A program made the translations under genes and the position numbers. A DNA stretch of 64,000 nt from Squalus acanthias (lineage: Eukaryota): assembly GCA_030390025.1 (NCBI GenBank), contig CM059432.1, positions 80,354,001 through 80,418,000 of the forward strand, given 5' to 3'. The notes beneath the pieces were generated by a model. That model saw only the letters and a program-made list of their open reading frames with translations, was not told the DNA's origin and did no database searches. This document shows positions 1 to 12,525 of the stretch, piece by piece (positions within the stretch are counted from its first letter, which is position 1; every line of letters begins with the position of its first letter).

Positions 1-299
1 TCGATTCCTGAATATTCTCACCGGTTGGAAATTTTAACCCTTGGTGATTTCAATACTTTTGGCAGTCTTGGACTCTTTTTCTCTTTTTTTTCTTCAGTCT
101 GTCTTCCGTATGTTTCCTGCTGTGTCTATTTGACAAGTTCCTTTTCTGATTTACTAAATTTGTGACTTTTTAAAGCTAGGCACACAATTGGGAGCACTCT
201 TACCTCCGAGTGTCATCATATTTGGCCCCCACCACAAATCTCCCTCACTTGCCACTAAATCCATCCCATTCCCTGGCCACCCTCTCAGGCTGAACTAGA

Positions 300-960
300 C
301 GATTCAGTGTCTTGGCATCCTGTTCAATCCTGAGCTGAGTTTTAAACCCCACATCCTATTCATCGACACAGACTGCTCCATCACCGGCACAACATTGCCG
401 GCCTTTGCCCCTACCTCAACCCTTTCATTACTGAAAGCTTTATTTAACTCCCAGATTTGACTACTGTAATGCTCTCTTTGCTGTCCTCCCATCCTCCACC
501 CTCTGTAAACTCCAACTTCTCCAAGGCTGTGCTGCATGTATCCTGTCCCGCACTAAGTTCCACCACTCCCGTTCTTGCTGAGTTCCCTCTCCCATAACAT
601 CATAAATTCAAAATCTTTGTGATTATATATTAGATCCCTCCATGGCCTTGCCCCAACAGATCTCTGCAATTTCCTCCCGCCCTATATCCATTCCTGAATA
701 TTTGTTCCTCTGACACTGGCCTTTTGTGCATCCTCTCTCCCTTCACCTCACTATTGATGGTCGAGCTTTTGGCCATCTTAATCCAACTCTCTGGAAATCC
801 CTACTTTTATCCTTTCACCTCTGCACCTCCACCTCCATCTCCATCTTTAAAAACTCTGCAAAACCCATCTCATGGACTAAGCTTTCAGTTAGTTCACCTA
901 ATCTCTACTTTCTTGGATTAGCATCCTTTTTACCAACAGCTATTTGTTAAGTGTGATATT
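300..960 (+). mobile_element. Old degenerate L2-type LINE 3' fragment
   Basis: Diverged similarity to the L2 copy at 3510-4237 (ctgagctgagttttaaacccc, ttgactactgtaatgctctc, ctctggaaatcccta). Boundaries approximate. Confidence 0.6.
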
Positions 961-989
961 AACTGTGCCGTATAACTGCAAGTTGTTTT

Positions 990-1235
990 CGTTGAGTCAG
1001 AAGGTTATGGTTTAAGCTCTACCCCAAGGCCTCATCACATAATCTAAGTTGACGGCTCGCTGCAGTACTGATAGAATATTGCATTGTAGGATGTGCTATT
1101 TTTCAAATGAGATTTTAAGCTAAGTTCCAGTATGCCTGTACAAGTAGACATAAAAGACCCTATGGCACTATTTGTAGAAGAGCAGGGAGTACACCTGGTG
1201 TTGTGGCCATCATTTGTTCCTCAACCAACAGCATC
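990..1235 (+). mobile_element. Degenerate tRNA-derived Deu-domain-type SINE, truncated where the minisatellite begins
   Basis: gagtcagaaggtt...gcagtactga...taaaagaccctatggcactattt...gaagagcaggg matches the reverse complement of the SINE at 61850-62287. Confidence 0.75.
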
Positions 1236-2795
1236 TGGGGCCCAAAGTTGGAGCAGAGTGCCGTGGGAGCTGGGGTCTGAAGGTGGAGCGGAGTGCAGTG
1301 AGAGCTGGGGTCTGAAGGTGGAGCGGAGTGCAGTGAGAGCTGGGGTCTGAAGGTGGAGCAGAGTGCAGTGAGAGCTGGGGTCTGAAGGTGGAGCGGAGTG
1401 CAGTGAGAGCTGGGGTCTGAAGGTGGAGCAGAGTGCAGTGAGAGCTGGGGTCTGAAGGTGGAGCGGAGTGCAGTGGGAGCTGGGGTCTGAAGGTGGAGCG
1501 GAGTGCAGTGAGAGCTGGGGTCTGAAGGTGGAGCGGAGTGCAGTGAGAGCTGGGGTCTGAAGGTGGAGCGGAGTGCAGTGGGAGCTGGGGTCTGAAGGTG
1601 GAGCGGAGTGCAGTGGGAGCTGGGGTCTGGAGGTGGAGCGGAGTGCAGTGGGAGCTGGGGTCTGGAGGTGGAGCGGAGTGCAGTGGGAGCTGGGGTCTGG
1701 AGGTGGAGCGGAGTGCAGTGGGAGCTGGGGTCTGAAGGTGGAGCAGAGTGCAGTGAGACCCGGGGTCTGAAGGTGGAGCGGAGTGCAGTGGGAGCTGGGG
1801 TCTGAAGGTGGAGCAGAGTGCAGTGGGAGCTGGGGTCTGAAGGTGGAGCAGAGTGCAGTGAGAGCTGGGGTCTGAAGGTGGAGCGGAGTGCAGTGAGAGC
1901 TGGGGTCTGAAGGTGGAGCGGAGTGCAGTGAGAGCTGGGGTCTGAAGTGGAGCAGAGTGCAGTGGGAGCTGGGGTCTGAAGGTGGAGCGGAGTGCAGTGA
2001 GAGCTGGGGTCTGAAGGTGGAGCGGAGTGCAGTGAGAGCTGGGGTCTGAAGTGGAGCAGAGTGCAGTGGGAGCTGGGGTCTGAAGGTGGAGCGGAGTGCA
2101 GTGGGAGCTGGGGTCTGAAGGTGGAGCGGAGTGCAGTGAGAGCTGGGGTCTGAAGGTGGAGCAGAGTGCAGTGAGAGCTGGGGTCTGAAGTGGAGCAGAG
2201 TGCAGTGGGAGCTGGGGTCTGAAGGTGGAGCGGAGTGCAGTGGGAGCTGGGGTCTGAAGGTGGAGCGGAGTGCAGTGGGAGCTGGGGTCTGGAGGTGGAG
2301 CGGAGTGCAGTGAGAGCTGGGGTCTGAAGGTGGAGCGGAGTGCAGTGAGAGCTGGGGTCTGAAGGTGGAGCGGAGTGCAGTGGGAGCTGGGGTCTGAAGG
2401 TGGAGTGGAGTGCAGTGAGAGCTGGGGTCTGAAGGTGGAGCGGAGTGCAGTGAGAGCTGGGGTCTGAAGGTGGAGCAGAGTGCAGTGGGAGCTGGGGTCT
2501 GAAGGTGGAGTGGAGTGCAGTGAGAGCTGGGGTCTGAAGGTGGAGCAGAGTGCAGTGAGAGCTGGGGTCTGAAGGTGGAGCAGAGTGCAGTGGGAGCTGG
2601 GGTCTGAAGGTGGAGTGGAGTGCAGTGAGAGCTGGGGTCTGAAGGTGGAGCAGAGTGCAGTGAGAGCTGGGGTCTGAAGGTGGAGCGGAGTGCAGTGAGA
2701 GCTGGGGTCTGAAGGTGGAGCGGAGTGCAGTGAGAGCTGGGGTCTGAAGGTGGAGTGGAGTGCAGTGAGAGCTGGGGTCTGAAGGTGGAGTGGAG
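1236..2795. repeat. Minisatellite, 35-bp unit GAGCTGGGGTCTGAAGGTGGAGCGGAGTGCAGTGA, about 44 copies
   Basis: Directly visible tandem array. Variants include GCGG/GCAG/GTGG, GTGA/GTGG, TGAAG/TGGAG and occasional 34-bp units. Confidence 0.98.
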
Positions 2796-2989
2796 GGGAA
2801 TGCAGCCAGGTCAGAAGCTGGTTGGGGCTGGAGAAACTGTTTTGAGTACTTTTGTCTAAATTTAGCATGATTTTGGTTTCATTAATTCTGCTATAGTACA
2901 GAAGGAGTTTAAAACCAACTTCGCCCACAGATAGCATATCTTTCCTCATAACTGAGACCTTTGCCACCTGGGATCAACCTTGTGGCTCT

Positions 2990-5010
2990 TCGTTGCACTG
3001 CCTCCAACATTTGAATGTCTCCCATGTGTCTCAGTGACACAGCTGGATACAATAATCAAGATGTAGTTTGATCACACCCTCCTCTGGCTTATATTCAATA
3101 GTTTTGGCTATGCAGTTCAACACTCGATTAGCTTCATGATTTGCTACTCTGCACAACTGGACATGTTTAGCATTGACTCTGTTGAGACTCCTAGATCTCA
3201 TTTATTAGCTATTTCAACACCATTCATGGAGTATGTGTATTGCTTATTTTTCCTTCCTATGCGCAGTACCTTGAATTAAATTTCATCTGCCATTGATCGA
3301 CCCGTGTACATATTTTGAGCTAATTTCTCTGATTCTACTCCCCTTCAGCAGTTTGATATCATCAGAAAATTTGACCACTTTGCATTAAGTTTCTGAGTTC
3401 ATATTATTTCTATAAATGAAAAACCGTAGTGGTCTCAACATTGATTCTTGGGCACTTCACCCACTACTTCCCACACCCATCCCGCATAACTCCTCTGATG
3501 AATACTCATTGGCTGAACCACACTGTTCGCAATCTTGGTGTCATATTTGACCCTGAAATGAGCTATCGACCACATATCCACAGCATAACAAAGACCGCTT
3601 ACTTCCACCTCCGTAACATTGCCCGTCTCCGCTCTTGCCTCAGCTGATCTGCTGCTGAAACCCTCATCCTCTAGACTTGACTATTCCAATGCGCTCCTGG
3701 CTGGCCTCCCACATTCCACCCTACGTAAACTTGAGGTCATCCAAAACTCGGCTGCCCGTGTCCTAATTCGCACCAAGTCCCGTTCGCCCATCACCCCAGT
3801 GCTCGCTGACCTACATTGGCTCCCGGTTAAGCAGCGCCTTGATTTCAAAATTCTCATCCTTGTTTTCAAATCCCACCATGGCCTCGCCCCTTCCTATCTC
3901 TGTAATCTCCTCCAGCCCCACAACCCCCCGAGATATCTGCGCTCCTCTAATTCTGCCCATCCCTTATTATAATCGCTCAACCTTTGGTGGTTGTGTCTTC
4001 TGTTGCCTAGGCCCTAAGCTCTGGAATTCCCTCCCTAAACCTCTCTGCCTCTCGACCTCTCTTTCCTCCTTTAAGATGCTCCTTAAAACCTACCTCTTTG
4101 ACCAAGCTTTTGGTCACCTGCCCTAATTTATCCTTATGTGGCTTGGTATCAAATTTGTTGTCTTAAAATACTCCTGTGCAGCGCCGTGGGGCGTTTTACT
4201 ACATTTAAGGCGCTATATAAATACAAGTTGTTGTTGGTTTCTACCCTTCACCGAGTACTTTATCAATTCCCATTGTTTACTCCAAATCTCCACAATGTTG
4301 AGCGTGACTGATAGCTTTTCATGTGGGACTTTTCAAAATGTCATTTGGAAGTCGAGGTATAATATATCATAGGGCTTTCCACAATTCACTTGGGCTGTTA
4401 CTTCTTTAAGGAATCTGAGGAGGCAAGTCAGTAATGATCTTTCCCTTCTGAATCCATGCTGACTGCTGTTTATTAAATTATTATTGTACACATGCTGCTC
4501 AAATTTACTTCTGATAATCAATTCCATTATTTTTACATGGAATGGAAGTGAGGTTAATGGGCCTGTAGTTGTCTGTATCTGTTTTATCCTCCTTTTTGAA
4601 TATTGTTTTCAATCCACTGGCATCTCCCCAGTGTCCATTGATCCTCTCATAATGGTTGTCAAAGCCTCAACAATCTCTTCCATAGTCTCTTTCAGAACTC
4701 TGAGATAAATATCAGCTAGCCTTGGCGATTTGTTTATTTTAAGCCTCTTTAGTCTGTCTCGGATTTCCATCTCATTTATATTGAAATCATTGATTTTACT
4801 GAGGCTATCTCTGTTTGGAGAGGGCATGTTATTCATGTCTTCCCTTGTGGATATTCGGAGGAAGCAATCATTCAGGATATTAACTGTCATGTGCTCATCC
4901 TCAGTCTTGATTTTGTTTGATTATTTTATAGTTTTCAACTATTCTCTGACTGTTTCCTTGGGATGCTACAAATTAATCCTAGATATTTAGGCAAATTAAA
5001 ATACTTGGGG
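2990..5010 (-). mobile_element. Old CR1 LINE ORF2 fragment (two pieces, about 2990-3450 and 4240-5010, separated by the L2)
   Basis: Minus-strand peptides SQHGFRRERS, DILYLDFQ, KINKSPR..DIYLRVLKE. Left piece is more degenerate. Confidence 0.7.
3510..4237 (+). mobile_element. L2 LINE 3' fragment
   Basis: ORF2 C-terminal peptides [43 protein letters not shown]; tail aaggcgctatataaatacaagttgttgttg. Confidence 0.9.
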
Positions 5011-6707
5011 AAAATAGTCTCTAGGACATAGGGAGTTAAGGCTCAAATAAATCTGCATTAAAAGGGTAAAGAAATCCCAAAACATAACGGACATAGCTGA
5101 GGCAATTTTTTTTATTCGTTCCTGGGATGTGGGCATCGCTGGCAAGGCCAGCATTTATTGCCTATCCCTAAATGCCCTTGAGAAGGTGGTGGTGAGCCGC
5201 ATTCTTGAACCACTGCAGTCCGTGTGGTGAAGGTATTCCCACAGTGTTGTTAGGGAGGGAGTTCCAGGATTTTGACCCAGCAACGATGAAGGAATGGCGA
5301 AATATTTCCAAGTCAGGATGGTCTGTAACTTGGAGGTGAACTTGGAGGTGGTGGTGTTCCCATGCGCCTGCTGCCCTTGTCCTTCCAGGTGGCAGAGGTC
5401 GTGGGTTTGGGAGGTGCTGCTGAAGAAGCCTTGCCGAGTTGCTGCAGTGCATCTTGTAGATGGTACACACTACAGCCACGGTGCGCCGGTGGTGGAGGGA
5501 GTGAATCTCCAAGGTGGTGGATGCGTTGCCGATCAAGTAGGCTGCTTTGTCCTGGATGGTGTTGAGCTTCTTGAGTGTTGTTGGAGTTGCACTCATCCAG
5601 GCAAGTGGAGAGTATTCCATCACACTCCTTACTTGTGCGTTGTAGAATGTGGAAAGGCTTTGGGGAGTCAGGAGGTGAGACATTTGCCGCAGAATACCCA
5701 GCCTCTGACCTGCTCTTGTAGCCACTGTATTTATGTGGCTGGTCCAGTTAAGTTTCTGGTCAATGGTGACCCCTCAGGATGTTGATGGTGAGGGATTCGA
5801 CGATGCTAATGCCGTTGAATGTCAAGGGGTAGTGGTTAGACTCTCTCTTGTTGGAGATAGTCATTGCCTGGCACTTGTGTGGCGCAAATGTTACTTGCCA
5901 CTTATCAGCCCAAGTCTGAATGTTGTCCAGGTCTTGTTGCATGCGGGCATGGACTGCTTCATTATCTGAGGAGTTGCGAATGGCACTGAAAACTATGCAG
6001 TCATCAGCGAACATCCCCACTTCTGACCTTATGATGGAGGGAAGGTCATTGATGAAGCAGCTGAAGATGGTTGGGCCTAGGACACAGCCCTGAGGAACTC
6101 CTGCAGCGATATCCCGGGGGTGAGATGATTGACCTCCAACAACCATAAGCATCTTCCTTTGTGCTAGGTATGACTCCAGCCAGTGGAGAATTTTCCCCCT
6201 GATTCCCATTGACTAGGGCTCCTTGATGCCATACTCGATCAAATGCTGCCTTGATGTCAAGGGCAGTCACTCTCACCTCACCCCTGGAATTCAGCTCCTT
6301 TGTCCATGTTTGGACCAAGGCTGTAATGAGGTCTGGAGCCGAGTGGTCCTGACGGAACCCAAACTGAGCATCGGGGAGCAGGTTATTAGTGAGTAAGTGC
6401 CGCTTGATAGCACTCTTGACGAAACCTTCCATCACATTGCTGATAATTGAGAATTGACTGATGAGGCGGTAATTGGCCGGATTAGATTTGTCCTGCTTTT
6501 TGTGGACAGGACAGGACAGTTTTCCACATTGTCGGGTAGATGCCAGTGTTGTATCTGTACTGGAACAGCTTGGCTGGAGGCGCGGCTAGTTCTGGAGCGC
6601 AAGTCTTCAGCATGACAGCCGGGATCCAGTGCGCTCAGCCATTTCTTGATATCATGTGGAGTGAATCGAATTGGCTGAAGTGATAGTGGGGATGTTAGGA
6701 GGAGGCC

Positions 6708-7989
6708 GAGTTCATAGAGTGTATTCGGGATGGTTTCTTCGAACAATAAGTTGTGGAACCAACCAGGGAGCAGGCTATTTTACACCTGGTAATGTGTAAT
6801 GAGACTGGATTAATTAATGACCTCATAGTAAAGGATCCTCTCGGGAAGAGTGATTATAGCATGATAGAATTTCAAATTCAATTTGAGGGTGAGAAACTTG
6901 GGTCTGAAACTAGTGTCCTGAACTTAAATAAAGGCAATTACAAAGGTATGAAGACAGAGTTGGCTAAAGTGGACTGGGAAAATAGATTAAAAGGTAAGAC
7001 GGTAGATAAGTAGTGGCAGACATTTAAGGAGATATTTCATAACTTTCAGCAAAGGTTTATTCCAGTGAGAAAGAAAGACTCTACGAGAAGGATGAACCAT
7101 CCGTGGCTAACTAAGGAAGTTAAGGATGATATCCAATTGAAAGAAAAGGCATACAATGTTGCGAAGATTAGTGGTAGGCTAGAGGATTGGAAAATTTTTA
7201 GAAACCAGCAAAGGATGACTAAAAAAAATAAAGAGGGAGAAGATAAATTGAGAGTAAACCAGCAAAAAATATAAAAACAGACAGTAATAGCTTCTACAGG
7301 TATATAAAAAGGAAGAGAGTAGCTAAAGTAAACGTTGGTCCCTTAGAGGATGAGACTGGGGAATTAATAATGGGAAACAGGGAAATGGCAGAGAATTTGA
7401 ACAAATATTTTGTATCGGTCTTCATGGTAGAAGACACTAAAAGCATCCCAATAATAGTAGATAATCAAGGGGCAAAAGGGAGGGAGGAACTTAAAACAAT
7501 CACTATCACTAGATAAAAAGTACGAGGCAAACTAATGAGACTAAAGGCTGACAAGTCCCCTGGACCTGATGGCCTGCATACTAGGGTTTTAAAAGAAGTG
7601 GCTGCAGAGATAGTGGATGCGTTGGTTGTAATCTACCAAAATTCCCTGGATTCTGGAGAGGCCCCAGTAGATTGGAAAACTGCAATGTAACGCCCCTATT
7701 CAAGAAAGGAGGGAGACTGAAAGCAGGAAACTATAGGCCAGTTAGCCTAACATCTGTCATTAGGAAAATGCTGGAATCCATTATTAAGGAAGTAACAGCA
7801 GACATTTAGAAAATCATAACACAATCAAGCAGAGTCAACATGGTTTTATGAAAGGAAAATCGTGTTTGACAAATTTTATTAGAGTTCTTTGAGGATGTAA
7901 TGAGCAGGGTGGATAAAAGGGAACCAGTAAATGTAGTGTATTTGGATTTCCAGAAGGCATTCGATAAAGTGCCACATAAAAGGTTACTC
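6708..7989 (+). mobile_element. CR1 ORF2 internal fragment with no 3' tail
   Basis: EPTREQAILHLV, PWLTKEVK, KADKSPGPDGL, VVYLDFQKAFDKVPH. Confidence 0.9.
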
Positions 7990-8233
7990 GCGTGCTGGGC
8001 TCTGCCATCATCGAGGATGGGGATATTCATGGAGCCTCCTCTTCCTGTTAGTTGTTTAATTGTCCACCACCATTCATGACTGGATGTGGCAGGACTGCAG
8101 AGCTTTGATCTGATACATTGATTGTGGGATCGCTTAATTCCGTTTATAGCATGCTGTTTTCGCTGTTTAGCATGCATGTAGTCCTGTGTTGCAGCTTCCC
8201 CAGGTTGGCATCTCTGGTACGCCTGGTGCTGCT

Positions 8234-8448
8234 TGACGTAATAAAGACTCACTACGCACTTGAACATAAAGCAAGGCTTTAATCAACTTGTAACAAAACA
8301 TGGAGGTCTAGTTAGCAGTCACTAGCTTCCTGTTTCCAGATTGTTTCTGCCCAAGGTGGGCCCATGCCTGAGTATTTATACTCCCTGGACGGCGCCCCAG
8401 CTGGCCGCCCAGTAGTACTTCCTGAGTTGTTACTTGCGATTTATGACA
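8234..8448 (-). repeat. 3' LTR of the Gypsy element
   Basis: Direct repeat of 12526-12740. Confidence 0.97.
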
Positions 8449-8460
8449 TTCTTCCTCCCT
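8449..8460 (-). promoter_or_regulatory. Polypurine tract AGGGAGGAAGAA
   Basis: All-purine run on the sense strand directly abutting the 3' LTR. Confidence 0.9.
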
Positions 8461-8486
8461 AAAAGGTTTGGAAGTCCAGTCTTCCT

Positions 8487-11400
8487 TTAACGGACTAGGC
8501 GGACCAGAAATAGCCGTAGACGTTTAGCTCTCTGCTTGTGACTGGAAGGCACGTCTCCCCGGACCGTGTCCTGGTCCCTGGGTCGCTTGGCCCGTACCGG
8601 TAAGTCAGTAGAGTCCGCGTCATCTTGATCATCCTGTGGAGGACTGGGAATATCATGACTCCGGGTGCGGGTCCCCACAGGTGCTGAGCTGGCCTCATCC
8701 CGGGTCGTGGCTGGAGATTGTCCGGCGTCCTGGTTTCGGGTGGCCATCCTACAGGGAGCGTCCAGCTCCCTGAGTTGATCCGGTAGCGTTGCCGGCAGAT
8801 CCCCCGATGTCCCAAGCGGGGCGTCATTTTCATAGGGGTGCGGAGTGTTGATATCATCGTCGTGGGATCCTTCATCATTCGGGCCCGTGTGACCGGTTGG
8901 GCAGGGAGCCAGATCTCGGAGCGAGACGGTGGTCTCCCGGCCATCAGGGTACCGTACGTGCGCATACGTGGGGTTTACCTCCGTTAACTCCACCTCGTCA
9001 ACGAGAGGGTCGTTTTTGGCAGACCGGACGAACCTCCGGAGTAGCACCGGGCCTGGAGCCACCAACCATGACGGTAGAGACGTCCCATGTGTAGAGCGAC
9101 GCCGGAATTTGAAGAATCGCTCATGAGGCGTGACATTAGTAGATGTGGAGAGAAGAGACCTGATAGAGTGTAACACGTCGGGGAGCACCGTTTCCCACTG
9201 CTGGTCCGGTAGGTTGCGTGACCTTAGTGCCAGACGGACAGCGTTCCAGATGATGGCATTGTATCGTTCAACCTGTCCGTTACCGATTGGGTGATATGGT
9301 GTCGTCCTACTTGAGGCGATTCCCCGTTGGGAGAGATAACTTTTAAGTTCACTCGACATAAAGGAGGGACCCCGATCAGTGTGGATAAAATTGGCTGTCC
9401 CGCAAAGGGAAAAGACCTGAGGCATTTAATTACCGTAGAGGTAAGCATATTAGGGCAGGGGAAGGCGAAGGGAAAGCGTGAATACTCGTCCACCATCGTA
9501 AGTAGGTAGGTGTTCCTTGTCGACGAAGGCAATGGCCCTTTAAAGTCTATGCTGAGCCTCTGCATAGGCTGCATTGCATGTATGAGTAAGCCATCTGATG
9601 GGCGAAAGAATTGTGGTTTCAATTCTGCACAAATCCTACAGGAGGAGCATGTTTTCTTTACGTCCTCGGTTGAAAATGGTAGATTTTTGGAGCGCACAAA
9701 GTGCAACATGCGGGTCACACCAGGATGGCATAAGTCCATATGCAGATCCGCCAGAGTCGACGTTGACATTGAGGAGCAAAATGCCCGTGTGAAGGTATCT
9801 GGGGCCACGTTCTGTTTGCCGGGTCGGTAACAGATAGTATATCCAAAGGCAGCCAGCTCCATCCTCCAGAGTTGAATTTTATTATTTTTGATTTTCGTGC
9901 GCCTCCGGTTATCCAACATGAAGGCCACAGAGCGCTGGTCAGTTATAAGCGTAAAATGACGCCGAGCAAGAAAATGACCCCATTGGCGTACAGCCTCGAT
10001 GATGGCCGTAGCCTCCTTCTCGACGGGGGGGTAATGGAGCTCGCTACCCTGCAAGGTTCTGGATAGGAATGCCACGGGTCGGCCACCTTGATTCAAGGTA
10101 GCGGAGATCGCCACCTCCGATGCATCGCATTCAAACACAAAAGGAAGATTTTCGTCAATGGAGCGAAGCGTGGCTTTCTCCAGCTGTCGTTTGAGGAGGT
10201 TGAAGGCAGAAATAGCCGTAGCTTCCAATGGAAAAGACTTCGCATGGAGCAGGGGCTGTATTTTATCGGAGAAGCGTGGTATCCATTTTGCGTAATAAGC
10301 AAACATGCCAAGTGCCCGACGAAGAGAGCCGAGGTTCGTCGGGGGAGGGAGCTCCTGAAGTGGACGAAGTCGCTCTGGGTCCGGTTTAATAACACCGTTG
10401 CCCACCCAGTAGCCAAGAATGTTCACCGATGGCACCGACTTCACCGATTTGGATTCGTTTAACGTTAAGTGGCGACGGCGGAGTACGTCAAAAAATCTCT
10501 GAAGATTGGCGTCATGCTCCTTTTGATCATGGCCGGCAATAGTGATATTGTCTAAATACGGAAAGATATCCGTCAAATTCTCTTGCCGGACTAGGCCATC
10601 CATGGCCCGTTGGAAGACGGCCACCCCATTGGTGACCCCGAATGGAAGGCGGCGAAACTGGAAAAGCCGACCATTGGCCTCAAAGGCCGTATACTTCTTG
10701 TCGGAGTCTTGCAGTGGCACCTGATGGTACGCGCTTTTTAAATCGAAGGTCGAGAATACCTTGTATTTGGCAAGGTTGTTGACCATGTCATCTATGCGTG
10801 GCAGCGGGTAGGCATCCAGATCGGTATATAGATTAATAGTCTGCGAATAATCGATACACAGACGTTTTTTATGTTGTTTTAAGGGATTCCTCACAATGAC
10901 GACCTGAGCCCGCCAGGGAGATGAACATGGCTCGATAATACCGTCGACTAAAAGGCGAGAGATTTCCGCCTCAATAAACGCTCGATCGTCTTGGCTAAAG
11001 CGCCGCGATTTGGTGGCTATGGGTTTACAGCGGGGGGGGAAGATTAGCAAACAGGGAGGGTTCACCGAGTAAGGCCGCCGAGAGTGCACAAAACGGCACC
11101 TTAGAAATGGTAAGCTCCGGCCTTGACCCTCCAAACTCAAAAGTGATCTTCTTGTGCTGCTTCTGGAAGTCCTGTCCCAGAAGCACATCGCTGCATAAGT
11201 TTGCGAGTACTCCGAGCCGGGTGGAGAGATACGTGCGGCCGTTGAGGATGAGGTTGACAAGACAGAAGCCAGAGGAATTGGTGGTCAGAGTCGTCAGAGC
11301 CATTGCAATCTCCCTGTCCGAGGGATAAATGTGCAGTTTTAACCTGTTGACAGCCCGCTTACTAATGAAGCTGTCAGAGCTGCAGGAGTCAATTAGCGCG

Positions 11401-12425
11401 CTTAGAGTGTGCCCATTTACTGAAACCTTCGTGGCTGCATGGGACAAACTTTGGGGAAAAACAGCCGTGATGGGAGGAGGGGCAATTTTCCCTTCGGCAA
11501 CTGTAGCCTTAACAGTAGTTCTTGGGGGAGGAGCAGCTCCATAGATAGCAGCTGTGAAGCTAACAGGAGCTCTCGACCGGTATACTTTAGAGGAGCGGCC
11601 TTTCTTGTTAGCAAAGGCCCGTGACTGGCATACCTTGGAAAAGTGTCCTTTCTTGCTGCAATGATTGTAGGTCACATTACGAGCCGGGCAAAATTTTCTG
11701 TGATGGCACGCCCCTCCACAAAAGAAACACTTTCTTCCTGATTGCCAGGATGCTGCTAGGGCGGGGTCGTCATCAGCGAAGGCCTCTAGGGTAGGGTCGT
11801 CGTCCGTTAGAGTAGAGTCAACATCAGTGGGGGCATCCGCCCGAGACCTACCGAAAGACTCATTAAAAGAGATAGCCGCCGCCCGTGCACGTGGTGGGAG
11901 ATAAGTGTCTGCATTTTTCTTGGCCAAGTCCAAGGAACACGCCTGGTCATAAGCAGCCCGTAAATTGAGGGTTTTATTTTCCAGCAGGCGCTGACGTATA
12001 AAAGGGGACGCGATTCCATTGATAAAGGAATCGCGGATTAGTTCCTCTTGATACTGTTCAGCTGTAACTGCTTTAAGGTTACAATCCTTGCTGAGCCTGC
12101 GAAGTTTCTGGAGAAATTCATCGAGTGATTCCCCAGGCTGCTGCCGAGTTGTGGCCAGTAGGTGTCGAGCAAATATTTCATTTGGGGACTTGACATATAG
12201 CTGCTGTAAGATTTCGATAGCAGTGTCATAGACTATACAGTCCTCAATATAATCATACACATGAGGAGACACGTAGTTGATAAGCATTCGTAACTTATTA
12301 GGGACATCCGCCCCACATTCTTCAAGAAAGTTGCTAAAGGTACGAAACCAATGCTTCCATACCTTCGCTGCCGCAGGTGCATTCGGGTCCAGGTCGAGAC
12401 GAGCGGGTCTAAGGAGTTTTTCCAT
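8487..12425 (-). pseudogene. Gypsy gag-pol polyprotein with two frameshifts (about 11035 and 9422)
   Basis: Zinc knuckles CFFCGGACHHRKFC and (Y)NHCSKKGHFSKVC; protease LIDSCSS; RT FDLKSAYHQ, LPFG, YLDN; RNase H CDAS..EKEA..TDQ; integrase HPG..CSSCRIC, IDFKGP, HTDRG, GQVERYN. Confidence 0.93.
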
Positions 12426-12525
12426 GATGGATCAGTTTCTTGCCCTAGTTCCCTTCTGTGGTTCGAGTTGCAGCTGGTTGTTCCGAATCACCCAAAGCGT
12501 GGAGACGATATCAAGTTGATTAAAT

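Noticed and set aside
1236..2795. CRISPR-like 35-bp periodicity
   Set aside because: Head-to-tail units with no unique spacers, in a eukaryotic context.
1210..2967. 585-aa ORF on the minus strand
   Set aside because: Translation of the 35-bp tandem repeat, which lacks stops on that strand; no domain or splice support.
8461..8880. env gene or chromodomain after the Gypsy integrase
   Set aside because: Only a low-complexity integrase tail that reaches almost to the polypurine tract; no such motifs seen.
11025..11045. Programmed gag-pol frameshift
   Set aside because: The shift lies after the protease, within a C8 run; removing one C gives a continuous frame, so an indel is simpler.
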